A DNA stretch of 39,571 nt, from contig CBFGJZ010000002.1 of NCBI GenBank assembly GCA_965649215.1, positions 63,555 through 103,125 of the forward strand, read 5' to 3'. The notes beneath the pieces were generated by a model that saw only the letters and a program-made list of their open reading frames with translations, searched no databases and had not been told where the DNA came from. The first letter of the stretch is position 1. Each line of letters starts with the position of its first letter. Below are positions 27,035 through 37,700 of the stretch, piece by piece. The DNA is from a candidate division WOR-3 bacterium. Lineage in GTDB: Bacteria; Hydrothermota; Tepidihabitantia; Tepidihabitantales; CAIPLT01. The translations under genes were made by a program, and so were the position numbers.

Positions 27035-27190
27035 ATGATGCGAATCAATGTATTAACTTTAAAGAGAGGGGTGATTCGCAATCATTATAAAATATTAATT
27101 TCAAGAAAGGAGGGGTTAAGACAAAACAAACAAACTCTTAATCTCATCCCAATTAACACGATTGGGAAATTAAATTTATGGAGGTCGTAA
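27035..27190 (+). CDS. Candidate 51-aa basic small ORF
   Basis: AAGGAG SD upstream of the ATG; its TAA stop overlaps the next ATG (TAATG). No recognisable family. Confidence 0.35.
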   Translation: MMRINVLTLKRGVIRNHYKILISRKEGLRQNKQTLNLIPINTIGKLNLWRS

Positions 27191-28911
27191 TGAAAAAACT
27201 ATGTGTATTATTGCTCTTAGTAGCAATAGCAATAGCAAGCAACAATTATCGACGAATCCAAACCGTCCTACCGTCATTAGATGACAAAATTGATAACACA
27301 AGAGCGGTTCTAAATATTTCACGCAGTGACGACAATCCCCAAGATCGACCAATTATTGGCCGTCAAGAAGTAGTTGGTTATACTGATTATGACTGGTGTT
27401 TTAATGGGCCGAATTATAAGATGTGTATTGTCGATCCAGTTGCTAACGGTATTCATGTTGCTTGGATGTATCGTCAGGGAAGTAATCCCCGCAATATGCG
27501 TTATAATTTCTATGATTTTTCAACCAATACTTGGAACTGGCCCGGCACAGGTGTAAATGTTCATACAGTTTCAACTGGCTTTGGCGGCATGGATAATGAT
27601 CCAATAACTGGTCATGCCGTGATTACTGGTCATGGTACAATCAGTGGAGTTTTAGTACCAATTGTTGCCAGAGATATTTCACCAGGAGCAGGATTATTTG
27701 AGTATTCTAATCCGACTTTTTCATCGCTTTGGCCACCAGTAGGCGTAACGAATAACCAGATGATTCATATTGCTCCGACTTCTAATGACCCAGGCGGGCT
27801 ACGCGATACTGTTTATTATATGCGTATGACGGCATGGAACACCTGGGACGCACCATATTTGATTCATGATAATGCGACAATACCCAATTTCCCAACTCAA
27901 AATATTGCTGCATCTAAAACATCTAATAAAGTTGTGGTTTTGTGGGAATGTTCAGAAGATCCTTATCCAGAAAGAGCGTTTTATCGCCTTTCGACCGATG
28001 GTGGTGCAAACTGGGGCGCAATTACGCAAATTCCATTTCCACCTTCATACGGTGGTATAGTGCCTGGTTATCATATCTCATCATTATATGCAATTTTTGA
28101 TAACAACGATAATCTACGGATTGTTGCTTCAGTTTCTGATACTGGTTATACGCTTCCTGCTCAAATTTGGATGTACAGTCCGCATTTAACGAATCCTTGG
28201 ACTTTAATTCATCATTATGATGCTGATACTTTAACGGCACCAGTTGGTTACAATGCTATTTTTGCGACTCGTCCAACTGTTGCTCAAGCACCAAACGGCA
28301 ACTTTGTTGTTGCTTGGGAACAATTTGATTCGCTTAATTATGAACCGACAACCAATTTAGCTCGAGCCGATATTCATGTAGCTGTTTTAACAAATAACGG
28401 CCAGACCGTTGCTCGTAAAGGTAGAATTACCGATCCGAATACTACTTCAAAACGATTCCCGTCAATCGGTGGTGTTAAGAACGATACCATTATTCTAATG
28501 TATATGATAGATTCAGTTGCAGGTTCAGTAGTTCAAAGTCAAGGTCCCCTTACCAATAATCCAATTGTCGTGCATCGTCTGCACATGAACTCATTACCTG
28601 CAGCGGTTGACGAATACAACCCAACTCCAAGTTATGAACTAGCATTAAATAAAGCCCAGCCCAATCCATTTAGCAATCACACGGTAATTCGTTATTCACT
28701 ACCCACAAATACTAATATTGATTTGACCATCTATGATATATTAGGTAGACCAGTTAAAACCCTTGCCACTGGTTATGTCAGTGCTGGTAGTTATACTGCA
28801 ATATGGAATGGACGAACCGATAACAATGAACTTGCCAAACCAGGTATCTATTTCTACACCTTAAAGACAGCTAATCGACAGATTTCGCAAAAAATCGTTA
28901 AGACCAATTAA
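27190..28911 (+). CDS. Secreted Asp-box/CTD protein; paralog 2 of 3
   Basis: Signal peptide MKKLCVLLLLVAIAIA (start at ATG 27190, GGAGG SD); LSTDGGANW; PNPF...IYDILGR...WNG...PGIYFYTL CTD. Confidence 0.8.
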   Translation: MKKLCVLLLLVAIAIASNNYRRIQTVLPSLDDKIDNTRAVLNISRSDDNPQDRPIIGRQEVVGYTDYDWCFNGPNYKMCIVDPVANGIHVAWMYRQGSNPRNMRYNFYDFSTNTWNWPGTGVNVHTVSTGFGGMDNDPITGHAVITGHGTISGVLVPIVARDISPGAGLFEYSNPTFSSLWPPVGVTNNQMIHIAPTSNDPGGLRDTVYYMRMTAWNTWDAPYLIHDNATIPNFPTQNIAASKTSNKVVVLWECSEDPYPERAFYRLSTDGGANWGAITQIPFPPSYGGIVPGYHISSLYAIFDNNDNLRIVASVSDTGYTLPAQIWMYSPHLTNPWTLIHHYDADTLTAPVGYNAIFATRPTVAQAPNGNFVVAWEQFDSLNYEPTTNLARADIHVAVLTNNGQTVARKGRITDPNTTSKRFPSIGGVKNDTIILMYMIDSVAGSVVQSQGPLTNNPIVVHRLHMNSLPAAVDEYNPTPSYELALNKAQPNPFSNHTVIRYSLPTNTNIDLTIYDILGRPVKTLATGYVSAGSYTAIWNGRTDNNELAKPGIYFYTLKTANRQISQKIVKTN

Positions 28912-28922
28912 ATATTCTTATA

Positions 28923-28963
28923 TTATCCTCCAGCCCTTTTGCACGAAAAGGGCTGGAGGATAA
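28923..28963. terminator. Perfect 18-bp hairpin inside the operon (attenuator or mRNA stabiliser)
   Basis: TTATCCTCCAGCCCTTTT-GCACG-AAAAGGGCTGGAGGATAA. No U-tract on the + strand. Confidence 0.55.
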
Positions 28964-29050
28964 AAGCTTGCTTAACTAAATAGTGAGCAAGAAAAGAAGG
29001 AAGGTTTTAGGAGAAGGAAAATATTGCTCACTATATAAGAAGGAGGTGTA

Positions 29051-30808
29051 ATGAAGTATACAGTCGTTATATTATTATGTACTGTTTGTTTAATCCAAGG
29101 ATTCAATAGAGATTTAATTGAACAAAAACGCATATTAATCGATGAAAACTGCCAACTTGAAGCGGCTACTATAAACAATCCGAAGGTTAAAACAAATGAT
29201 CAAACTTCAATCAATGATTTTGTATTAGGACGAATTGAAGTAGTGGGAGGTACTTGTTATGATTGGGTAAATGGACCTTGTGCAACTTGGTGTATAAATG
29301 ATCCCACGAATGGAATTCATGTAACTTGGCTTTGGTCAAATACTTCAGGGCTTACGGACCGCAATATGCGGTATAATTTCTATGACTGGTCGACTCATTC
29401 TTGGAACTGGATTGACAATAACAATTATATGAATTCAGGAATTAATGTCTTTTCTCACACAATGACCAGCGTTGCTGGAGGTGCTGATTTAGACCGGACA
29501 ACTGGTAATTTTGTAATTGCCGGTAATTATGGAACCAGTGGTTCAATTTTACCAAAACTGGCGCGTGATTTAGTACCGGGAGGTGGTTTATTTGAATATA
29601 CTGAAGGTCCATTAGGTTGGCGTTGGCCTTTTCTTGCGTTAAGTCAAAATCAAGCAATTCATGTTGCTTGTGTTGATGTCACTACAACTGATTCATTATA
29701 TTATACTCGATGTCAACCATGGGGAACTTGGACAACTCCAATTAATATCTGTCCGCCTCAACCAGCACCACTATTCCCAAATCAGAACATTGCTGCTTCC
29801 AAAGTTTCTAACAAGGTTTGTATAGTTTGGGAATATTCTGAAGATATTGGTCAAGAACGAGCGTTTTATCGAATTTCTAATGATGGCGGCGTTAATTGGC
29901 AACCGCCACAACAATTACCATTTCCCCCATCAGTAGGTATTGCGCCATCATTTGGAGTGTCATCACTATTTGCTATGTATGATGCTTCTGATAATTTGCA
30001 TATTGTTGCATCAGTGTCAGATACAGGTGTGACGGTACCTGCAGAAATTTGGCATTGGTGTCCGGCTAATAATCCGCAGTGGAGTTTAATACATCGTTTT
30101 GATCCTGACACATTAACCGCACCGGTTGGTTATAACGCTATTTTTGCCACCCGTCCTTCTATTATTCAAGAGCCAACTACTGGCTATTTTTATGTTGCTT
30201 GGGAACAGTTTGATTCTCTTAATTATGAACCAGCTACAAATCGTGCTCGTGCCGATATTCACATTGCTCAATCCAATAATAACGGTCAGACTTGGAATGC
30301 TAAAGCACGTATTACAGATCCGAATACAACATCTAAACGTTTTTCCGTAGTTGGCGGTGTTCAGGTGACACCGAGCCCGACCGATAAAGATACTTTATTA
30401 GTATTCTATATGATTGATTCGATCGCAGGAGCATTCTTACAGAACGAACATCGTTTCTGTGTTAATCCGATGGTCGTGCATCGAGTGCCAGTACCATTAA
30501 GTCCAGCTATTGAAGAAAATAATAATGTTGTCAAGCCCAATCTTGAATTACAAATTATGCCAAATCCGATTACAAATAATGCAGTGATTAAATACAGTTT
30601 ACCAAAGTCAGGTAAAGTTAACCTGTTAATTTCTGATATTACGGGCAGAACCATCAAAATACTTCGTCAAACTTTTGAACAGGCAGGAAGTTATACAATT
30701 CAGTTTTCTTTAAAATCGAATAGTAATCGCAAATTATCAACCGGAGTTTACTTCATAACTTTAACAACTGGCGACGGCTCGATTACGAAAAAGATATTAA
30801 TAAAATAA
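29051..30808 (+). CDS. Secreted Asp-box/CTD protein; paralog 3 of 3
   Basis: Signal peptide; ISNDGGVNW and SNNNGQTW; PNP...DITGR...STGVYFITL...KKILIK CTD; SD AGGAGG. Confidence 0.8.
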   Translation: MKYTVVILLCTVCLIQGFNRDLIEQKRILIDENCQLEAATINNPKVKTNDQTSINDFVLGRIEVVGGTCYDWVNGPCATWCINDPTNGIHVTWLWSNTSGLTDRNMRYNFYDWSTHSWNWIDNNNYMNSGINVFSHTMTSVAGGADLDRTTGNFVIAGNYGTSGSILPKLARDLVPGGGLFEYTEGPLGWRWPFLALSQNQAIHVACVDVTTTDSLYYTRCQPWGTWTTPINICPPQPAPLFPNQNIAASKVSNKVCIVWEYSEDIGQERAFYRISNDGGVNWQPPQQLPFPPSVGIAPSFGVSSLFAMYDASDNLHIVASVSDTGVTVPAEIWHWCPANNPQWSLIHRFDPDTLTAPVGYNAIFATRPSIIQEPTTGYFYVAWEQFDSLNYEPATNRARADIHIAQSNNNGQTWNAKARITDPNTTSKRFSVVGGVQVTPSPTDKDTLLVFYMIDSIAGAFLQNEHRFCVNPMVVHRVPVPLSPAIEENNNVVKPNLELQIMPNPITNNAVIKYSLPKSGKVNLLISDITGRTIKILRQTFEQAGSYTIQFSLKSNSNRKLSTGVYFITLTTGDGSITKKILIK

Positions 30809-30831
30809 TATAAAAATATAAGGAAGAGAAT

Positions 30832-31884
30832 ATGAGTAAAAAAACTATATTTATCTGTACGCTGGGCATAATTATTGCAATGCTGTTATCTTCATGTGGA
30901 ACAGAAGCGCCGGCATTATGGCCTTGGTGGACAAAAGAAGATACCTTAGCAGTTAATAACGAACTTGCAAACTGGCGCGACACTATCAATGGGTATCTAC
31001 CGATAAAGAATCAGAGCTATGTTTATGATATTAATATACCTCTGCTTAGCACAGACACTAACCCTCGTAGTAATTATGTTGATTCAATAATTAAAGTTGC
31101 CCATTTGCTTGGTTTTAATTATACAGTTGTTGAAAGAGATCCGATTTTAGAATATACCTTTGGTCGTAAAAACGATACGATTATTATGAAAGATACTTTT
31201 TGTTATGTTAAATATCGGGATTCATCTAATGCGATCGTTGCAATTCAAGTTGATAGTATTTGGACAATTCGTTTTTATCCGGATACGACTATTGATACTA
31301 CAACAACTCCTGCCGAAACTATTATCACCTATCGTATGTTAAATTACACGAAAACTTATTATAACCGATTAGAAGAAGAGAAACATTTTGATTACCAAAC
31401 AACTCGCTATTTAGAACTTAAAAAAGACAGTGCGGTTTGTAATTACCGATTTAAACATCTTACTGGATTTGGTAGTTATTTGCCCAATAATACAATTGCC
31501 CCAACTATCAGTTATATTGTTTTAACTCGTATCACTGGCCAACGCGATACCTTCCGTTATAGCCCACGAGCAGACAATAAAGGTATCTTGAATCTACGAG
31601 ACAAAGACTCACTCTATTTAGTTGATCTTAATCAACCGTTAGAAGTCCAAGTAACATTAACAACCAGTGCTTCGCCCAATTATGTGTTTATCAGCTATGG
31701 TAATCCCACCGTTAGTAATAAAATCTTTGTTCCAGTGGTTAATAATGTTGCATCGACAACAATTACTCTACCGCAGGAGGGTCTTAATCATTTATATATT
31801 GAAGTAATACCGACCGATGCTTTATTCTATCAGCACATCGCATGGAAGACAACTATTTGGGCTTTGCCGGTGCGAGTAAGATAA
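30832..31884 (+). CDS. Lipoprotein of unknown function
   Basis: Lipobox-like LLSS-C22; beta-rich mature part; directly upstream of the TBDR. Confidence 0.7.
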   Translation: MSKKTIFICTLGIIIAMLLSSCGTEAPALWPWWTKEDTLAVNNELANWRDTINGYLPIKNQSYVYDINIPLLSTDTNPRSNYVDSIIKVAHLLGFNYTVVERDPILEYTFGRKNDTIIMKDTFCYVKYRDSSNAIVAIQVDSIWTIRFYPDTTIDTTTTPAETIITYRMLNYTKTYYNRLEEEKHFDYQTTRYLELKKDSAVCNYRFKHLTGFGSYLPNNTIAPTISYIVLTRITGQRDTFRYSPRADNKGILNLRDKDSLYLVDLNQPLEVQVTLTTSASPNYVFISYGNPTVSNKIFVPVVNNVASTTITLPQEGLNHLYIEVIPTDALFYQHIAWKTTIWALPVRVR

Positions 31885-31896
31885 AAGGAGGGAAAT

Positions 31897-34722
31897 ATGA
31901 AAAATAGGAATATTTCAATCATGGTGAAAAATTTAGTTATTATATCCTTGATACTTATTCCCTATTTATTATTTGCTGGTGAAACTGGTCGAATTATTGG
32001 GCGGGTCATTGACTCAGAAACCAAAGAGCCCTTAGCAGGAGTTAATATCATTGTGGAGGGTACTCCACTTGGTGCCGCGACTGATAATAACGGGAATTAT
32101 TTAATTGCTAATGTGCCAGCTGGAAAACAGGTTTTAGTTGCTTCTTATGTCGGTTATGAACCAGTGCGAATGCTTGATGTGTTGGTTATTTCTGATCAAA
32201 CTGTTACTATAAATTTTAATCTTCGTTCCACGGTAATACCAGTAGGTGCTGTTGAAGTTTCAGCAGAAAGACCTTTAATTGTCAGAACGCAAGCGTCAAC
32301 TCAACGCGTTATAACAACTGACCAATTTGATAAATTACCAGTTGCTTCGTTAGGAGCAATTGTTAACTTATCTGCAGGTGTTGTGACGAGTCCAGCTTTT
32401 GGTACCCATATTCGTGGTGGCAGACCCGATGAAGTCGTATATTTTATAGACGGAATTGCTACTTCTGATCCAATGTATGGTTATTCAGCAGCACGAGTCA
32501 ATCCTCAAGCCACTGCAGAAGTTTTGATTATATCAGGTGGATTTGATGCAGAGTATGGTGAAGCGATGTCAGGAATAATTCAAGTTATTACAAAAGAAGG
32601 AAGAGACTATACTTCAGCACGAATAAAATACACAAGTGATGCTTTCTTACCAAAAACAGTTAACTTTGGTTATAACCGAATTGAAGCATCATTAGGTGGA
32701 CCAACACCACTTGATAAACTAAAATACTTTTTGTCAGGTGAAGTTTTTATTGCTGAGGATTATGCACCTCGTAAACACAAATTACCTCATCAAAATCGTT
32801 CTGATTATAAAATGACTGGTAAAATAACATACACACCTCCCTTTGCGTCAGGATTAAAAATAACTGGAGACGGATTTATGGCAAGAGAACAATGGGAACA
32901 ATATCCATCCGAGCGAGAAGGTTCAGGTGCATTAAATCATATTGGTTTTAAGTATCATCTTGATCATTTCTTGTCGCGTCAAGAGCGAGTAAGAAAAGCA
33001 GGCCTTTCAGCAAATCATATGTTGACTAAAAACACATTCTATACGGTTCGTTATGGTTATTTCTGGGATGAACGAGTAATTGCAGTCCGTGATTTAGAAA
33101 AAGAAAAAGAACTCGGTTATACTTTTGGATGGCGATTTTGGCAGGACTATCAGTTCAAAGCATTGGACTCAGTAAGAGCAAGACCAGATATAATCCGTGG
33201 TGTTTTACCAGGATACGAGCAGCAACGAAACAATGTTGTCAACAATCCATTTGGTGTAAACAATCTATTTTATGGAGTTGGTGATTATCGTTATTTTATG
33301 TTACATGGTTCAACTGTACGTACTATCAAGGGAGATTTAACTCATAATATCGGTAAGATTCATGAAATCAAAGGCGGCATTGAAATGCGTAATAATTATC
33401 TGTTTCGAAGGTATAATTCATTACCATGGGATCCTAATCCCTTTTTTGATACTTATGACTTTTATCCTGTCAATCTCGCAACTTATATTCAAGATCGAAT
33501 GGATTTCGAAGATTTAGTTATTCGTGCAGGGTTACGATTTGATTATTTAGATCCAAAAGCATATAAGCGGGCCAATCCAACCAACATAGAAGATACATCG
33601 AAAGTTGCGGCAATGCAGAAATATAAAATTTCACCAAGACTCGGTGTTTCATTCCCGATTGGTGAAAAAGCCAAATTCCGATTTTCATACGGTCATTTCT
33701 TCCAAACCCCACCTTTTAGATATCTGTATGATAATATCAGTGATGCGGCTTATCGTCGTGGCAATCAGATTATTGCCAATCCTGATTTAAGAGCGCAACA
33801 GACGGTTGCCTACGAAATCGGGTCCGAAGTTTTACTTACTCCGATTTTGGCTGCTGATTTTACTGCCTATTACAAAGATATTTATGATTTAATTGGTATT
33901 CGATTTATTCCTGCGGTTCCAACTGGTTATTATCCAATTCAGAATGAAGATTATGGAAATGTCCGTGGTTTTGAGATTAGTGTGATTAAACAATTAGCTG
34001 ATTATTGGTCCGCTCGATTAAGCTACGGACTTTCTTTTGCTAAAGGCACTTCTTCTTATGGTTACGAATATTACTATGAGCGTTATGCTTACGGTGTTGA
34101 TCCGGTGTCCGGTCAAGAAATGCAGCCACCAAAAGCAGATTATGCTTTGGATTTTGATGAAAGACATTCAGCTAAACTTGATCTTGGTGTTGATTTCCCT
34201 TCCGATTTTGTTTTTATCCCGGCTCGCAATTTAAAAGCAACTCTATTATTTAGTTTTGGTTCTGGCTTACCATACACGCCTCGTGAACCAGAATTACGGC
34301 AAGGTTTAAATAGCGGTCGACGAACTGGTGAGAAGAATTCTTTACGTATGCCTGCACGTTTCATTACTGACGCTAAAATATCCAAAGGTTTTAGTATTAG
34401 TGAAAAAATAAAATTTAACTTAGTTTGCGATATCACAAATTTATTTAATGCGAAAATTGTGGAATGGGTTTACGGATATACGGGTAGTCCTTCGGATGAT
34501 GGCAATGCAATTACTTATGCAACACGCGCAATAAATCCTGCTGATGATATTAATTTAACATATGCGAGTTATCATCCAGCTCGTGACCGTAATTCAAATG
34601 GTGTTGTTGATGATTATGAAGAATATGTAGCTTATTTAATGGCATGGCGTGATTTTGTTGATAATCCGATGAATTATGGCGCTCCGCGGCAAATTAGATT
34701 TGGCATTGATTTTGAATTTTAA
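31897..34722 (+). CDS. TonB-dependent receptor with N-terminal carboxypeptidase-regulatory-like domain
   Basis: GRIIGRVID..T.EPL.GVNI; plug HIRGGR..E..Y.IDG and GGFDAEYG.A.SG.I...TKEG; barrel motifs AGLRFDY, ISPRLG, YGHFFQ, NPDL; C-terminal beta-signal RQIRFGIDFEF. Confidence 0.93.
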   Translation: MKNRNISIMVKNLVIISLILIPYLLFAGETGRIIGRVIDSETKEPLAGVNIIVEGTPLGAATDNNGNYLIANVPAGKQVLVASYVGYEPVRMLDVLVISDQTVTINFNLRSTVIPVGAVEVSAERPLIVRTQASTQRVITTDQFDKLPVASLGAIVNLSAGVVTSPAFGTHIRGGRPDEVVYFIDGIATSDPMYGYSAARVNPQATAEVLIISGGFDAEYGEAMSGIIQVITKEGRDYTSARIKYTSDAFLPKTVNFGYNRIEASLGGPTPLDKLKYFLSGEVFIAEDYAPRKHKLPHQNRSDYKMTGKITYTPPFASGLKITGDGFMAREQWEQYPSEREGSGALNHIGFKYHLDHFLSRQERVRKAGLSANHMLTKNTFYTVRYGYFWDERVIAVRDLEKEKELGYTFGWRFWQDYQFKALDSVRARPDIIRGVLPGYEQQRNNVVNNPFGVNNLFYGVGDYRYFMLHGSTVRTIKGDLTHNIGKIHEIKGGIEMRNNYLFRRYNSLPWDPNPFFDTYDFYPVNLATYIQDRMDFEDLVIRAGLRFDYLDPKAYKRANPTNIEDTSKVAAMQKYKISPRLGVSFPIGEKAKFRFSYGHFFQTPPFRYLYDNISDAAYRRGNQIIANPDLRAQQTVAYEIGSEVLLTPILAADFTAYYKDIYDLIGIRFIPAVPTGYYPIQNEDYGNVRGFEISVIKQLADYWSARLSYGLSFAKGTSSYGYEYYYERYAYGVDPVSGQEMQPPKADYALDFDERHSAKLDLGVDFPSDFVFIPARNLKATLLFSFGSGLPYTPREPELRQGLNSGRRTGEKNSLRMPARFITDAKISKGFSISEKIKFNLVCDITNLFNAKIVEWVYGYTGSPSDDGNAITYATRAINPADDINLTYASYHPARDRNSNGVVDDYEEYVAYLMAWRDFVDNPMNYGAPRQIRFGIDFEF

Positions 34723-34734
34723 AAGGAGAGAATT

Positions 34735-37700
34735 ATGAGAAAAATTATTAATTTAAAACTTTTTCTAATTGTAACTATATCTTTGGTGATTAGCTCTGTG
34801 AGTTTTGCAAGGACTGCAGAAAATCCCTGGCGACCAGGTCGGCTATTAGATTTTAAATGGTATGGTAAGAATCAATGGCGAATGTCAATTACAAATTACG
34901 GTACTTTTGGTTATGGTATTGGACGCGCCGGTGGTGAGTGGCCTCGAGGTTCTGGAAATTATTATATTTATGGTGCTGGTATTTGGGTTGGGTGTATGCC
35001 ATCACGAACTGAAACATTAGTTACTTGTGGTTATAATCCATCGTCAGGTGCTTCTGAGTTTACACCAGGTGCCTGGGAAAATGCACCGGGTGGTTATTCT
35101 GCTCGGTCTTTTGAACGAGTTTATATATATCCTGAAGATTGGCCACCAAATCCTTTGGATTTTCCAGAAAGTATGCGAGATTCTTTTGAAACGCCACTAC
35201 GGATTCCAGTATCAGGTGCCGATACACTCGTTGGTTATTTATATCCAATCCCGCGAAAGACAACATCTTCATATGATGCCTGGACTGTGTTAAATGATCG
35301 TGATCCCGATCGACACACAACACCCAAAATACCTATTGGTGTTGAAATTTATCAGACAGTCTTTGCATGGAACTTACCATGGAATCGAGACATTGTTTTC
35401 TTTATTTATAATGTTAAAAATATGACAAGTGATACGCTAAAAAGGTTATATTTAGGAATGGCATGCGATGCGGATATTGGTGGTGCTAATGATGATATGT
35501 GTGGATTACTCTTACGTAAATATGTCAAAAATCGTCAAGGCACCGATTCGGTTTTTGCAGATAATGTTGGTTATGTATGGGATAATGATTTTGATGAAGG
35601 TTGGGCAACTCCTCCTGGATATGTTGGTTTTGATTTTCTCCAAAGTCCCTATGCTTATAACGATGGTATTGACAATAATGGCAATGGTATAATTGATGAA
35701 GGACCTGATGGTCTGGACAATAATGGTAATGGTTTGATTGACGAACCAGCTGAATTGGAACAACTTGGAATGGTAAGCTTTAAAATGTTTACTTTACAAG
35801 CAGGCGACCCGGTAACGAATTATACACAATATTTAGCAATGTCAGGATATAATTATTGGGAAACACCACCAGTTTATTCACCTTTTGATTCAATTGATCC
35901 CGCACCAAATGATAAGCGATTTTTACAGTCGACAGGTCCTTTCAATTTAGCTCCTGGTGAACTAGCAACAATTACAATTGCAGTCATGGCAGCACCGTCT
36001 AATCCCGTTGGCGGGGTCGGTGATTTATATCAACTTGGGCTTACTTCAGCTGCCGCACAAGCCGCATATGATAATTTCTGGATTATGCCCGAAGCTCCCC
36101 CAAGTCCTAATTTGACTTTGATTCCCGGCGAAGGCCGAATTACATTAATTTGGGATAATGCCTCAGAACAAGCACGAGATGGTTTCTATACTTTAGCTGC
36201 AACTCTCCGCAATCCATTTTATCGAGAATTTGATTTTCAGGGTTATAAAGTATATAAATCTTTAACCGGTAAAGTCGGTGAATGGACATTGCTCGATCAG
36301 TTTGACAAAATTGATGGTATAGTTTATGAAGATACTACAGTTGCGGAATCGCTTCGTACCAAAGCGACTGATAAGGGTTTGAGTTATGCTTATATCGATT
36401 CTTCTGATATTAGACTCGGTTTTCCTTATTATTATGCAGTTACTGCGTTTGATGTTAATGTATTAGGTGGTGATCCGAATCCTGCCGATACAACACGTTT
36501 ATCTTTAGAATCAGGACTCGCACCAAAAGTGGCTACAGCTCGAACTGCACCATCTAATTATACTCATCCTTGGTTTAATATTAACAAGCTGATTGGTGGA
36601 GAAAAATTGTATCTTAATCTTAATCCGTTGGCATTAGCAAATTATGCTATTAAGAGCGATATCTACACTTTGAAGTTTTTGCCGCCGAAACCAAGCGGTC
36701 CCGCAGCAAGCCGTATCCCCCTATATGAATTTTTAATTACAAATGCCAATAACGATACAGTCGTGCCGATTCAGAGTTTTTCAATTAACATTCGTAATTC
36801 GTCAAGCCCACTTACTTTACATCCTACCGTTTTTGATGATATCATAACGAATATCAAGGAAGTAACGTATGATACAGTTATTAATGGTCAAATTGTTACT
36901 TTAACTCGTATTGATACGACTTGGGCATATATGCCAATAATTGATATTGGTATGACATTACGAATGGACTCAATACCACTCCAACCATTTGACCGAGTTA
37001 TTGTGAAGAGTGGCTCCTATCCGCAGGATTCATTACAGATTTCAGTGGTTTCTAATAATGCTGCTTTATGGGCATATCGGGGTTCAAATTATCAAATTGT
37101 CTGGAAATTAAAACGGCCAAATGATCCTCAGAGTCCATTGACGGCTGAAGTTTATGATTTGACTATCGGAGAATATGTACCATATCGTAGGATGCGTAGT
37201 TTAACTTTAGATCAAGACTCAGCTAATGGGTGGAGTTTCTTTTTGGGAGCGGATACTTTACGATTGAACTCAACAATTAATATGACCATTTGTGGTGGCC
37301 AGTTTAATTTCAATCAGAATCGGCCAATCCGAATACTACCCGCTCCTGAAGATACGTGGATTGTTTATTCAAAACCACTTTCATGTGCCCCAGCTTACGC
37401 TCAGTTCCAGATTGTTGCTCATCCGATGCAGTCGTTACCAGAAAGTATCGCTTCGAAACTTAAAGTGAAAGTAGTACCGAATCCCTATTTAGTTCGAAAT
37501 GCTTGGGAAAGACATCCTGATTATCGTAAAATCAAGTTCATTAACTTACCTGATAAGTGCACAATAAGAATTTATAATTTTGCTGGTGATTTGCTAAAAA
37601 CGATTAAACACGATGCGACCAAAGTTGCTGGGAGCGGTAATTTGCCTTTACAATCAGGTGGAGATGAAGATTGGGATTTACTAACTGAATCAGGTCAAAA

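Noticed and set aside
8783-30808. Diversity-generating retroelement or recent gene conversion among the three paralogs
   Set aside because: No reverse transcriptase. The differences inspected are synonymous and not adenine-specific, and no long identical DNA tract was seen.
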